A stretch of DNA of 64,000 nucleotides, from positions 15,686,001-15,750,000 of the forward strand of contig CM059449.1 of assembly GCA_030390025.1 (NCBI GenBank). Reading direction: 5' to 3'. The notes beneath the pieces are model-generated. The model searched no databases. It worked only from the letters and a program-made list of their open reading frames with translations, and was not told the DNA's origin. The DNA comes from Squalus acanthias. Taxonomy: Eukaryota. This document shows positions 1-11,915 of this stretch, piece after piece (positions within the stretch are counted from its first letter, which is position 1; every line of letters begins with the position of its first letter). Both the position numbers and the translations under genes were made by a program.

Positions 1-384
1 AAATTTTGTGCGATTATTTTGCTCTTCGTCCCGAGCCATACTTTCGATTTCCTGCAAAGTTGCTTCCTGGAACCGTCCTTTAAACATGTAACAACAGTCA
101 AATGTTCAGATCCGAATGTTCTCTTTGTTGTCAGATATTATAGAGATGGTTCGCTCCGTAGATTTTAACTGGGTGCTTTGTAAACTTACAGTTACTGAAA
201 TTCAGACATAGAATGTATTTATTGTTTCTGTAGAAAACCCCCATGTCAGGTAAAAACGAAAAACTCCTCAGAGCGAAAAATGCCACTTTTGAACTCACTA
301 TAAAAGCTTATATATTTTTGAAAAAAGGGAAATCCATTAGGCAAACCGAGCCACTGTCCCCTATTGTGAGACAAATCCAACCTA

Positions 385-590
385 ACAACAACTACTTGCA
401 TTGATATAGCGCCTTTTATACAGTAAAACGTCCCACAGTCTTCACAGGAGCGATTATCCATCAAAATTTGACACCGAGTCATATATTAAGACAGAGGTAG
501 GCTTTAATGAGTGTCTTAAAGGAGAATAGCGAGGTGCAGAGGCTTAGGAAGGGAATTACAGAACTGAGGACCCAGCCAGCTGAAAGCCTT
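385..590 (-). mobile_element. L2-clade LINE 3' end fragment
   Basis: Reverse complement reads ...gtgaagactgtgggacgttttactgtataaaaggcgctatatcaatgcaag plus a (ttg)n tail. It resembles the + strand L2 3' end at 52620-53010. Boundaries approximate. Confidence 0.65.
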
Positions 591-1189
591 CTCATCCAAT
601 CGCTTAATCCACTATCTCTCTGGAAGCGCATTTAACAGTGGTCTTGCAGTACGGCAGCCTCAGCTAAGCAAAACAGTTCGCGGTACCCTTGGATGTGACA
701 GCAGCAGTGGAGCTTGGGGACCAAGCTGTCAGTCAGAATACAATTATACTGAGGCAACCAGGTGTGAGACCACCTCTAGCAAAGGGACGAGCATGACCAA
801 TCCGCTTCATAATCTCGCAAACATGAGCGCCATTCTCTTGAAATCTCCTCTCCTCCTAAGAAAAACATAGCCAAACTCTATAACTTTCCTTGATAACATA
901 TTATTCAGTTTGTTCCTGAACTGTTTCCCTTTTCCTTAAGACGCTTCTTATTTGCATACCGCTCCATGAGTGATGGCCGTCCTCCAGTAACTCGGCCAAG
1001 TGGCCATTGTACATATATGAACATCGACCGTGAATTTAACAAGCCGATCCTGTAATCAGCAAAGTCCCACACGCATGCCATTTCTATTACATGGTCGATG
1101 AAGATCCAATGAGTACACGAAATCTAGCTAATGCTCCATCCCTAACCCAGTGGCGTTGAACCACCTCTCCCCAACACTTGCCGAACTCT

Positions 1190-1540
1190 ACTACTCTCCT
1201 TTTGCCTTGCACCATCTCTTAATGTCTCTTAATCTTCCTGCCTTCCATCTAGAGCCATCTTTTGTTTCTTAACTTGTCCCATCACCATCTCTTTTGCCTT
1301 GCACCATCTCTTAATCTCTCTTAATCTCTTTTGTCTTCCATCCTATTACAGACCTTCCCTTTTGTTCTTTCCTCCCCTCCCCCCTTTCCCTGCCCCTGCA
1401 CTTATTTAAAAACCTGTTCTATCTTCAGCTTTTTCCAGTTCTGACGATGGGTCATCGACCTGCAACGTTAACTCTGTTTCTCTCTCCACAGATGCTGCCT
1501 GACGTGCTGAGTATTTCCAGCAGTTTTCTGTTTTTATTTC
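1190..1540 (+). mobile_element. Penelope-like element terminal repeat with decayed hammerhead motif (1437-1473)
   Basis: A pyrimidine-rich body is followed by agtt-CTGACGA-t-gggtc-atc-gacct-GCAA-cgtt-aact and then ...acagatgctgcctgacgtgctgagtatttccagc. The same terminus is attached to the GIY-YIG-coding copy at 7238-7827. The GAAA core is mutated to GCAA. Confidence 0.7.
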
Positions 1541-1639
1541 AACTAAAGTGTTGCTTGCTTGTTCTGTGCAGCTCCTCTACTCAATGGACTCACGCCTTTG
1601 AGGCATGGGGGAGCGTTTATCCTTAAAAAAGGAAATCAC

Positions 1640-3870
1640 CGAATCATAAAATGACACAGCACAGAAAGCCATTCGACCCATTGTACCTGTGCCGGCTCTT
1701 TGATAGAGCTATCCAATTAGTCCCACTGCCCCGCTCTTTCCCCATCGTCCTGTATTTTTCCCCTTCAAGTGTTTATCCAATTCTCTTTTGAAGGTTACTG
1801 CATTTCAGACAGTGCATTCCAGAGCACAACAACTCGCGGTGAATAAAGAGTTTCCTCATGTCACCTCTGGTTCTTTTGCCAATCAACTAAACTCTGTGTC
1901 CTCTGGTTACCGACCCTTCTGCCACTGGAAACAATGTATCCTTATTTACTCTATCAAAACCCTTCATGATCTTAAACACCTCGATCAAATCTCCTCTTTA
2001 AATTCTCTGCTCTGCGAAGAACACGCCCAGCTTCTCCAGTCTGTCCACATAACTGAAGTCACTCAATGGTAACATTCTAGTAAATCTCTTCTGCACCCTC
2101 TCTCAGGTCTTGACATCCTTCTTAAAGTGGGGTGCCCAGAATTGAACACAACTCTCTAGCTGAGCCATAACCAGTGTTTTATAAAGGTTCAGCATACCTT
2201 CCTTGCTTTTGTAATCTTTGCCTCTATTAATAAAGCCAACGATTCTATAAGACTTGTTAACACCCTTCTCAACTTGTTCCGCCATCTTCAATGATTTATG
2301 TACATACAACCGCAGGTCTTTCTGTTCCTGCACTCCCTTTAAAATGTTATCATTTTGTTTATATTGCCTCTCCTCATCCTTCCTACCAAAATGTATCCCT
2401 TCACGCTTCTCTGCGTTAAATTTCATCTGCCATGTGTCCGCCCATTTCACCAGTCTGTCTATGTCCTCCTGAAGTTTCCTGCTCATTCTTTACTTCATTT
2501 CCGATTTTTTTTTCATCTGCAACCTTTGAAATGATGCCCTGTATACCCAAGTTCAGGTCATGAATATATATCAAAAGCAGGGTTCCCAATACTGACCGCT
2601 GGGGAGCACCACTGTACACTTCACTCCAGTCTGAAAAACCACCGTTCACGACGACTCTCTGCTTGCTGTCCCTTAACCAATTTCATTGCCACTGTCCCTT
2701 TAATCCCATGGTCTTTAATTTTGCTAACAAGTCTATTATGTGAGACTTTGTCAAACGACTTTTGAAAGTCGATATATAAAACATCAACCACACTACCCTC
2801 ATCAACCCTTTCCATTACTTCATCAAAGAATTCAATCCAGTTAGCAAATCACGATTTTTCTTCAACAATACCGTGCTGACTTTCATTTATGAGCCCACAC
2901 TTTTCCAAATGCCAGTAAATTTTGTCACGGATAATTGTCTCTCAAAGTTTCACCACAACCCACATTCGGCTGACTGGCCTGTAGTTGCCGGGTGTATTCT
3001 TCTACCATTTTTTAAACAAGTGTGTAACATCTGCAATCCTCTAGTCCTCTGGCACTACCCCCATTTCTAAGGAGGATTGGAAGATTGTGGCCAAAGCCTG
3101 TGTAATTTCCGCCCATACGTTCCTCTGCAACCTAAGATGCATCCCATCCGGACCGGGTAAGCTTTCTACTTTGAGGACTGCCTAACTCCTCTTAAAATAT
3201 TTGTATCCTAAATATATCGCCACTACCTCCTCCTTTACTGCTACATTGGCAGCATCCTCTTCTCTAGTGAAGACAGATAAAAAGTATTCATTTAGTACCT
3301 CAGCCATGCCTCTGTCGGAGCAAGAATTACATAGGATTACATCGGCACAGAAACAGGGCTTTCGGCCCAAGCAGTCCATACCGGTGTTTATGATCCACTC
3401 GAGCCTCCTCCCGTCTTTCCTCATCTAAATCTATCAGAATAACCCTCTATTTCCTTGTCCCTCATGTTTGTCCAGCCTCCCCTTAAATGCATCTATACTA
3501 TTCGCTTCAACCACTCCCTGTGGTAGCGAGCTCCACATTCTCACCAGTCTTTGGGTAAAGAAACTTCTTCTAAATTCCCTATTGGATTTCTTGGTGCCTT
3601 TCGTATATTGATGGCGAAAATTGCCTTTTTGGTCCCTAATCTGTCCGATCCTTCCTTTGACTACCCTTTTACTATTTATATGTTTATAAAAGACTTTTGG
3701 CTTCCCTTTATGTTGCCGCTCATCTATTCTCATACTCTCTCTTTGCCCCTCTTATTCCCTTTTATAGATCTCCTCTGTACTTCCTGTATCCATCCTGCTT
3801 CTCGACTGTATTATGAACCTTACGTTTGTCATAAGCCTCCTTTTTCTGTCTCAACTCTGAACTCGGTCAC
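1640..3870 (-). mobile_element. Degenerate CR1 LINE ORF2 (RT) with 3' tail
   Basis: ORF fragments are typical of CR1 RT and its C-terminus: VDVLYIDFQKSFDKVSH, SGAPQRSVLGTLL, LQEDIDRLVKWADTWQMKFN, QLESCVQFWAPH. Multiple frameshifts and deletions. Confidence 0.9.
3325..3620 (-). mobile_element. CR1 3' fragment nested inside the older CR1
   Basis: FRRSFFTQRLVRMWSSLPQGVVEANSIDAFKGRLDK plus 3'UTR and tail interrupts the host ORF between IRDQKG and MAEVLNEYF. Same subfamily as 48232-48685. Confidence 0.8.
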
Positions 3871-3874
3871 CTTG

Positions 3875-4072
3875 GGGGGGGGGGGGCGGTGAAATTGATC
3901 ATTGGCGAAGCCGCAAAACAGGTGGAATCGCATATACTACTGATAATCAATTCCATTGAAGTCAATGGCGTTGAATATCGGGCGCAGCGTATAACAGGGG
4001 ACCCATGCAAAACCGCCTGTTTTCCGTCCCTGCCCATGTCAAATTTCAAGCCCACCCTCCATATTTCTTGTT
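3875..4072. mobile_element. Short non-autonomous DNA transposon (MITE-like)
   Basis: Imperfect inverted ends (gggcggtgaaattga / tcaaatttcaagccc) and a central palindrome ccattgaagtcaatgg. Confidence 0.45.
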
Positions 4073-4553
4073 TGCCCCTGTTAACTTTCTCAAAGGCAAG
4101 AATATTTGTCCTGTGATTGGGTGACCAGAAAAGATCACGTGCTGCTCCGGATGGATTCTGATTTCTGAATTAATAGTTGGCTTTATGCTTTCCTTTGCTT
4201 TAATAAAGAGAAAATGTAAACCTTACCTATATTTCTAAGTTATAAGCCTAGAAATTCTACGTCGTTATTGAAGTAACAACACTTAAAACCATTCGGTATT
4301 AAATCTCTCTAAGAGAGATTTTTAATCCATTTATGCTAAAGGTCCTGTGCCTTCCTCAAGTAACAGGCAATAAAATTTGATGGAAGTGCTTTAAGCGTTT
4401 GAATGATAACATAACATCTGGGGGACATTATATGTAACAAAGGAGCAAACCGATTCTGTATAAATAAGATATTAATTTCATTCAGCATAGTGCATAGGAG
4501 AAACGGTCCCTTATATTAAATTTCAAGCTCTTGTGTAATCATGTCTAATGTTT

Positions 4554-5400
4554 GGTCAGAATTTTGCCAGCTGTGTTTTATTCAGTTTTAATAGATTCGT
4601 TGATCTTCGAATTTTTCACAAATTTTCCTTCATTTCGTTCTGTGGTGAACTTTGTAATGGCCCAAAAATTCATCCCGGTGCGCGAGAGTACGCACTGCGT
4701 ACTCTCGCGTATTCCCTCTGCAATTGCCGGTTTTCTGCATGCCCTGCGCATGCGCTGAAAACCGGCAATTGCTCTTTTGAAAAGGGGGTGGTTCCTCGGT
4801 GAATCGCGTGCGCGCTACAGGCTGCGCGCACGCTGTGCACTTCATGCTTTGGACGCGCAGGTAAGTACTGAAGATTTTAGAAATGTAAAAAGGAGGAGTA
4901 AGACCCACTTTTAACAAGGTAAGTAGTGAATTAAGTATTTTTTTGAATTTTTTTTTACAGGTATATCTATTTTAGAGACTTTAAAGACAGGTAAGTTTAT
5001 TTTTATAACTTTTTAAAAGATTTAAAAAAAATTCAAAAATTGAATTTTTTATTTAAAATGGTTAATTTATTTAACTATACTTATTTTATTAATGTGATGG
5101 TTTTTTTTTTATTTAATTGAGGTTTAGCTGTTATTTTGGGGGGGTGTCAGATTCATAGATTTCACAGCACGTCTGTGAAACTTATGAATGGAAGATGGCG
5201 TGCTGCCATTGGCTCTAACTGAGTCATGTGATCCCACAGCTCGCACGAATTCACTACGCCGGTGGGATACGCAAGCACTGCCCGGCTGATGTCTGGAACA
5301 TCAAGTTCCTGCGAGCTGGATCTGAAAAAGCACAAGCGAGGTGAGAGATCGCGGGGAAGGCTTACCCCCGCGGGAACAGAGCGAGATCAATTTCTGGGCC
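4554..5400. mobile_element. ~850-bp non-autonomous DNA transposon (possibly PIF/Harbinger-type)
   Basis: Imperfect TIRs (ggtcagaattt / aatttctgggcc) and internal hairpins (4681-4709, 4722-4770). A close copy lies in opposite orientation at 63399-64000 with different flanks. The superfamily is inferred from TIR style only. Confidence 0.7.
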
Positions 5401-5944
5401 AATATGTTTAATTACTTTAACATAAACAGAATGAAAACATATTTAAACCATATGCAACAGTGAAGAAGAAAACAACATAAAATATGGGACCTGCATTTGG
5501 AAGGGACTGCAATGAGGAATTCGGTATAAACAGCTCCACAAGTGTAAAGTGTAAAGATTCTGCTTTTTCACATGACTCCTGCAAACTATCTAATCCATCA
5601 AATCTGTTTCGGGGTGATTGCAAAGATGTCTCTGGCAATGTTGGTCAAGCATAAAATCTGTAAATAACAGTTTGTTAAAAGTTTCAATGATGATTCAATT
5701 AATTGATAAAACATAATCTGATTAATCTGCTTGCTAGAAAAATGGTATCTTGATCACAGATTGCACACCGTGTCTTACTATCACAGATAGCATCCCATTA
5801 ATCGTAAGATATTATTGATTTAGGCCCTATTTTATCTTTTGAATATGCCAAAGAAATCATCAATAGATCAGAAACAGCACTGATCTCCCACAGAAATATA
5901 GACCGACTGGTAAAATGGGCAGTCTGATTTTTGGATGCCCCCAG

Positions 5945-6770
5945 CAGGAAAATCAAGCAACGCTGTTGTGGGCAAGTTATTAGAATCAATATTTAAGGAC
6001 AGCGTGACTGAGCACTGGGAGAAATTTGAGGTGATTAGAGAGCGCCAACATGGAATTGTAAAGGGTAGGTCATGTCTAACGAACCGAATTGAATTTTTTG
6101 AGGAATGACTAAAATAGTCGAGAGGGGATTGTCTATGGATGTGGTTTATATGGACCTCCAGAAAGCATTTGATAAGGTTCCGCATAAGAGACTGTTGGCT
6201 AAAGGTAAAGCTCATGGAATTGAAGGCAAATTATTGACCTGGTTACGAGATTGGTTAGACGGTGGAAGACAGACAGTAGGGATAATGGGTTTATACTCGA
6301 ATTGCAAGGTATTAACTAATATTGTCCCACAAGGATCTGCGCTGAAGCCTCTTCTATTCACTATATTGATTAATTACTTAGATAGCACAATAGAAAGCCA
6401 CATACCCAAGTGCACCAAAGATGCAAAATAGGTGGTGTAGTAAGTAGTGTAGATGGGAGCATAAAATTACAAAGAGTCATTGATAGATTAAGTGAGTGGG
6501 CAAAGCTGTGGCTGTTCGATTTCAACGCAGGTAAGTATGAGGTCATCCATTTTGGTTCAATTCAGGACAGATACAAATATTTTCAAAACGGTGAAAAGCT
6601 AGGAACAGCGGAGGTCCGAAGAGATTTAGGGGTCCATGTACACAGATCACTAAAATGTAGTAACCAGGTACAAAAAAATAATCAAAAAGGCTAATGGAAA
6701 GTTATCCTTTATATCTGGAGCACTAGAAAATGAAGGGGCGGATATTTTGCTGTAGCTATACAAAGCCGCT
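5945..6770 (+). mobile_element. Degenerate CR1 RT fragment
   Basis: RQHGIVKGRSCLTN, DVVYMDLQKAFDKVPHKRLL, VPQGSALKPLLF, LQRVIDRLSEWAKLW. Confidence 0.85.
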
Positions 6771-7237
6771 TCTACCCTCTCACCTGGAGGGAAAATGTGC
6801 CCTGGCTCTATTTGGACAAGAGCAGGGGACGAGGGCATTTTAGGAATCCTGAAAATCGCTATATAAATGCACCACTTTTCATTCTTGAAGTTACATTTAT
6901 AAAGCGCACTTTGAGAACTCCAAGCAGTCAGAGACGGCTTGCTATGTGAAGCCTCACACATCAGGATGCTAGGGCCCTGGGAAACTTCAGAGTTATATGA
7001 CTACATATGCGTTGATTTTCACTTTGCATTAACACAAACAACAGTTTAAACAGTTTTTTGTGATGAACAGAGTAACTTCCGGTCTGATTATATTAACTAT
7101 CTACCCAAATGGAAAGATACCAATACAGATTATCCTAGGCGGCATTGGGCTGTTTTGGGTTACATTATCCTTGAAGCGGAGGGGGAGGGGGGGGGCGGTC
7201 CCACCCTTGCCAGTTGACCAATGACTAACCAGTGTAC

Positions 7238-7827
7238 ACAAAAGCAAAATACTGCGTATGCTGGAAATCTGAAATAAAAACAAACAATGCTGGGAATACC
7301 CAGCAGGTCAGGCAGCACCTGTGGAGATAGAAACAGAGTTAACGTTTGAGGTCGATAGTACTCCGTCAGAACTGGAAAAAGCTGGAGATGTAACAGGTTT
7401 TTAAGCAAGTGTAGGGGCAGGGAGAGCGGAGAGGGGAGGAAAGAACAAAAGGGACTTTCTGTGATAGGATGGAAGGCAGGAGAGATTAAGAGACAAAAGA
7501 GATGATGGAGCAATGCCAAAGGAGATGGTAATTGGACAAGTTAAGAAACAAAATATGATTCTAGATGAAGTGTAAATGGCACTGACTGAATGATCGATGT
7601 GAGAGAGAATTTTTTTTTTTAAAAGATAGGGCCAGAGGTTATGGTCTGAAATTGTTGATCTCGATGTTGAGTGCATCGGGTTGTAAAGTACCTGATTGAA
7701 AGATGAGGTGCTGTTCCTCGGGATTACGTTGTGCTTCATTTGAACAGTGTAAGAGGCCGAGGACGGAGAGGTCAGAGTGTGAGTGGAGCGGAGAATTAAA
7801 GTGACAGGCGACTGGAAGCTTGGGGTC
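7238..7827 (-). mobile_element. Penelope-like retroelement, 3' part of GIY-YIG endonuclease plus terminal repeat (continues at 16142-16260)
   Basis: Minus-strand translation gives PKLPVACHFNSPLHSHSDLSVLGLLHCSNEAQRNPEEQHLIFQSGTLQPDALNIEINNFRP*. It is followed by a terminal repeat with a decayed hammerhead at 7337-7373. Confidence 0.85.
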
Positions 7828-8348
7828 TGTCGAAGTTTCGACTTCCGATTCAAGACTCTTGTAAACAATATCGTCAAAGAAGGCTTTTTATTATATTTTA
7901 CTTGCAAGGAGACTGCAACCATAGCCCAATTAGCTATGATGACAGACTGCCGAATCACAGAAAATGGAGTATTCTTATACAGTATAATATCACATGACAT
8001 GTTGTTTAAGGTAAGCTAAGTTAACAATTAGAAAAAACACGTTAGAAATGCCTTACAATGAGACTAGCTAATCTCTATAAAATGGAGTCTCTCTATTTTA
8101 CTTCTCTCACCAAGGCCAAGGCGCCTGGTTTGTTTACTTTACTAGCCCTTGGTTATCTCAATATTAAGCCTGTTTTCTTTTGTGCAGGCAGACTTTTGCT
8201 GACAGCATAGTCTAAGACTTTAAAGTTATTTTCAGAAAAGAACATAACAATGGATTTTTTCCCTTTTCCACACAAGTCAGAGTCGGCCATTTTATTAGTT
8301 TAAATTCAAGGAAACCATTTTGTCCGAGACAGAAACTGCACTTCCACA
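7828..8348 (-). repeat. 3' LTR
   Basis: tgtcgaag...cttccaca, directly preceded on the - strand by the PPT. It differs from the other LTR at about 5 positions by eye. Confidence 0.95.
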
Positions 8349-8362
8349 TTCCCCCCTTTTTT
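8349..8362 (-). promoter_or_regulatory. Polypurine tract
   Basis: The - strand reads AAAAAAGGGGGGAA immediately before the TG of the LTR, the classic gamma/epsilon-retroviral PPT form. Confidence 0.9.
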
Positions 8363-9181
8363 GTCCTTCTAGGACAAAATAGCTCAATTTAACTTTTTCG
8401 GTCTTTTTTGTCGGTTCCTGTACCAAATTTGGATTTTGGCCAGGGATGCCAACTTCTTTTCTGTTTTAACCATCCTCGGGATTATACCTGTACTGATGGC
8501 TGACCTTATTTAAGATCGTCCTTCTTCTCTGCCTAGTCTCGGTGTTTGGGCGTATGTTCTTGTAGGGGTTTTAGTTGTGTTTTGGTGACTGTGGCGTACT
8601 TTTGTGGTTCATTAGTCTGCTGTTCTCTAACTTTTCCTGCAGCTTTTACTAGCCTGCAGTTCAGGTGTTGCTATACACCCTCTAAGGAGATAGGGTACAG
8701 CAGCTCATAGAGGAGTTCTAAGTCATGGCCCACACAGTTTATGCCTAACCAGTAGGGTTCTCCTAGGGAACTGCAGCTTATAGAGGAGGACTGATTCATG
8801 ACCCACACAGTTTATGCCTAACCTGTGGGGTTCTCCTAAGCACAAGTGCTTCTACATGAGCCTCCAGAGTGCGGACCAAGTGATATACAAGGTCGACGTC
8901 ACCGGTAGTTGAAAGGAGTCCTCTCTCTTTCCCTAGCCTGCAGGTCCCATTGATGGCTGGAAGAATGTTTACCAAAAGTGGGGAGCATGCAAAAATGTAT
9001 ATATATCTATATGTATATTTTGTCTAGGTTGTCTAATCCTCAAAATTGTATTTTATTCAATCGCCTCAGTTCCTCCCCGAAGGGACCATACTTTTCTTCT
9101 TCATCATTTGTTTCTTTCTGTATCATTATACTTACTTCAGGTATGACTACCTTGCCTAACCTATCAAATCTTTTAATCATC

Positions 9182-9777
9182 TTAAACACCTCGATCAGGG
9201 TTTACGTTTTTGTGGAAAACGGTAAAACCCATCTGATTGTCAGTATTCAATCGTTTAGTCCCATTCCATGGTCTGTTGTTAGTCAAATTCATCAAACCGG
9301 TAGTATTGAACCACCAGCTTTCCATGGAACTTCCTGCCTTGTACGTAATAAACTTTTGTATGCAACGACTTTTCCCCATATTAACTCTGTTCCCTTTAGT
9401 CTGTCCTAGATTTTCTAACGAATATCCTCCCCCCTTAAACTCGTTTCTTAGGCTAGACCACTTTTGTTCCAATTCTTTCCCGAAGGTGGATAGGGTGGTA
9501 TCTTTCTGTTTCGTATGATTTTTATTAATTATCCATTCTGCCATATCTGTGAGGTTCAAGGGTATCGGTCGCAGAAGTATTCCTCTTTTCACATGGGTAG
9601 GAATATGGCTACATACCCAACAGGCGTTTATCCCACTTTTTTTTTGGCATACTTATATGACATATACAAAAAGGTGTTCATATGTAATTCTCGTTTCTTT
9701 CGGGGTTCTTTTCCTCTCCCTTGGCAGGCTATACATATCAGTCCGATTAGTAGGTAAAACGTAAATAACAGCTTCAT
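9182..9777 (-). pseudogene. env: Gamma-type env SU remnant (signal peptide plus CWVC motif), frameshifted and internally deleted
   Basis: ATG at 9777 begins MKLLFTFYLLIGLICIACQG... A frameshift in the A9 run (9637-9645) leads to SGINACWVCSHIPTH...LRPIPLNLT (CWVC at 9611-9622). It starts just after the integrase stop. No CX6CC/TM subunit was found. Confidence 0.8.
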
Positions 9778-9802
9778 TGTTTAAGTCTTTTCAAATTCAA
9801 AT

Positions 9803-10543
9803 TCAACTGTCCTTATCTGATACTTTCTTGCAATGGGATGCGTGGATTATAGTAGGTCTTTCCTTGACCTTTACAGCTGTATTTGTTGTCAAGAGTACTT
9901 GATATGGCCCTTCAAAGCGTGGCTGCAGACCGTTCTTCCTCTTATAGACCTTTACGTAGACGTCATCTCCTGGTTCCAAGTTATGGCACTTTCCTTCGGC
10001 CGGTTCCGTTTGAGCTTCCTTTACCTGTTGGTGAAAGCTGGAAATACATCTAGTTAATGCAATGCAATAGTTTAGCATACTTTCATCCATTTTATGAATG
10101 TCCATTTGTTTAACCGTAAAGGGTGCTGAGAATGGCAGCCTTTGGGGTCGTCCCATAACAATCTCATGTGGCGACAGTCCAGTTGTCCTGTTAGTTGCTG
10201 CTCGCATTACCATCAATGCTAAGGGTAACAGTTCAACCCATTTTAGTCCAGTTTCATTACAAAGTTTAGAAAGTTTATTCTTCAGCATTCCGTTATATCT
10301 TTCTACTAGTCCCGCAGATTGCAGATGATAACTGCAGTGGAAATGCTGATTAATCTGCAAAGCTTTACATAGTTCCTTTATGATCATTCCAGTAAAATGT
10401 GATCCGTTGTCGCATGAAAGTTGCATAGGTATTCCATACCTTGGTATGATTTCTTTTAACAAACACTTTGCAACTGTTACAGCATCATTCTTTTTACATG
10501 GAAAAGCTTCAACCCATCTTGAAAACATATCTATGATTACCAT
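9803..10543 (-). CDS. pol: Retroviral integrase, N-terminally truncated (core plus GPY/F C-terminal domain)
   Basis: 246-aa open frame: [53 protein letters not shown]. An in-frame stop lies 5 codons upstream, so the HHCC finger and first catalytic Asp are missing. Confidence 0.9.
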   Translation of the reverse strand: MVIIDMFSRWVEAFPCKKNDAVTVAKCLLKEIIPRYGIPMQLSCDNGSHFTGMIIKELCKALQINQHFHCSYHLQSAGLVERYNGMLKNKLSKLCNETGLKWVELLPLALMVMRAATNRTTGLSPHEIVMGRPQRLPFSAPFTVKQMDIHKMDESMLNYCIALTRCISSFHQQVKEAQTEPAEGKCHNLEPGDDVYVKVYKRKNGLQPRFEGPYQVLLTTNTAVKVKERPTIIHASHCKKVSDKDS

Positions 10544-11039
10544 TGTGTAAGTCCTTCAAAATTTAATTTTTTTTCTCTCTGTCTATTACCCCCCCCACCC
10601 TGTGTTGTTTTGCATTTTACGATTCCCTTATCACTTCTATTTGTCTTTTGATGCTTGATATTCGACCTTGCTGGCATTTCTGCTATCTATTCCTGGCTGC
10701 ATGTTGTCAGTTTCTGTTCTAAGAATTAAAACCCATCTTTGAATCTAACAGCTATTTCTTACAATTCCCTTCTTTGAGAAGGAAATAACCCTTATTGACT
10801 TCTCACAATCGGCTCTTGACTAATCTAGCTTCTTATTGCTCTCTCTCAACTTGGGCATTAGTTAGTAGGGAGTCTTGAAGATTTCTCCCTTCTAATAGTC
10901 CATTCCGGTGTTCCAATTCTGCCCCGCCTCGGGTATCCTCTGTTTCTTCTATCTTTCCTGATGTTACCCCGCCTGGGGTCTCCTCTACATTGCTTCGGAT
11001 CTTCTCTTTCGGTGTGCTCAATTTGTTAGTGCTGGTTAG

Positions 11040-11915
11040 TCATGGGCATGAGTACCCAATTGCTCTTGTGTATCTTACTACATAGGTTACATATATCAAA
11101 TACACTATCATTACAAGTTGGAGAACTACCAGAGCGTGTGAAATAATACAAATCTAAGTGTGTGCTGATATATTAAGCCCAATTATCCCACCAGTGTGAG
11201 TTGTCCCCTATACTGTCAATTTCAATATCTATTCCCGAGTTGTCTTCCTTCAGAACATAAAAATGCTTTAGGGAGGAGTTCAGTCGCATCATGAGCGCCA
11301 GAGACCCGGGTTCGAATCTGACCTCAGGTGACTGTCTGTGTGGAGTTTGCACATTCTCCCCGTGTCTGCGTGGGTTTCCTCCGGGTGCTCCGGTTTCCTC
11401 CCACAGTCCAAAAATGTGCGGGTTAGGTTGATTTGGCTATGATAAATTGACCCTTAGTGTTAGGGGGGGATTAAATATGTGGGGTTATGGGGATAGGATG
11501 GGATATGTTAGGGGGAATTAAATACGTGGGGTTACGGGGGTAGGGTGGGATATGTGTACTGTGGGGATTAAAGCAGGGACAGGGTACTGGAATTGGATGA
11601 TCAGCCATGATCGTATTGAATGGTGGAGCAGGCTCGACGGGCCGAATGGCCTACTCCTGCTCCTGGATTCTATGTTTCTATGTTTCTATGAGCTCACTGA
11701 TAACTTTAGACAACAGGGGAATGTCGTATCCGAATTATGCCACATAATTGTGCAGCTCATACTTAAGTACCTCATTTACTGTCAGTTTCACTTGAGCATA
11801 GGTTTCGATATTATGTAAAATGTGTTGGTTAGCGGGACAGGTCCTGTTAGACCCGTAATGCATGGTAGTTGCGGTAGTAGTGACACAGGAGGCACTACCA
11901 AAACCACCTCATACT
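11040..11915 (-). pseudogene. Second envelope/fusion-protein relic (heptad, Trp-rich region, TM), putatively lokiretrovirus/F-type Env
   Basis: With the SINE removed it reads GGFGSASCVTTTATTMHYGSNRTCP...VLKYELHNYVA*FGYDIPLLSKVISELMMRLNSSLKHFYVLKEDNSGIDIEIDSIGDNSHWWDNW / GLNISAHT*ICIISHALVVLQLVMIVYLIYVTYVVRYTR. The frame is restored exactly across the SINE TSD. The family is assigned from recalled similarity, not a search. Confidence 0.6.
11297..11687 (+). mobile_element. V-SINE (HE1-like) with CR1-derived tail, 5'-truncated
   Basis: B box ggttcgaatc, V-domain tgtgtggagtttgcacattctccccgtgtctgcgtgggtttcctccgggtgctccggtttcctcccacagtccaaa, and tail ggccgaatggcctactcctgctcc...(tatgtttc)n. TSD ATGAGC at 11291-11296 and 11688-11693. 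Confidence 0.9.

Noticed and set aside
1-240. Possible - strand exon after a ttttctacag acceptor
   Set aside because: All three frames hit stops early, and no recognisable protein results.
5417-5660. 73-aa ORF with hydrophobic C-terminus
   Set aside because: Non-ATG start, an upstream in-frame stop after the putative acceptor, and no recognisable domain.
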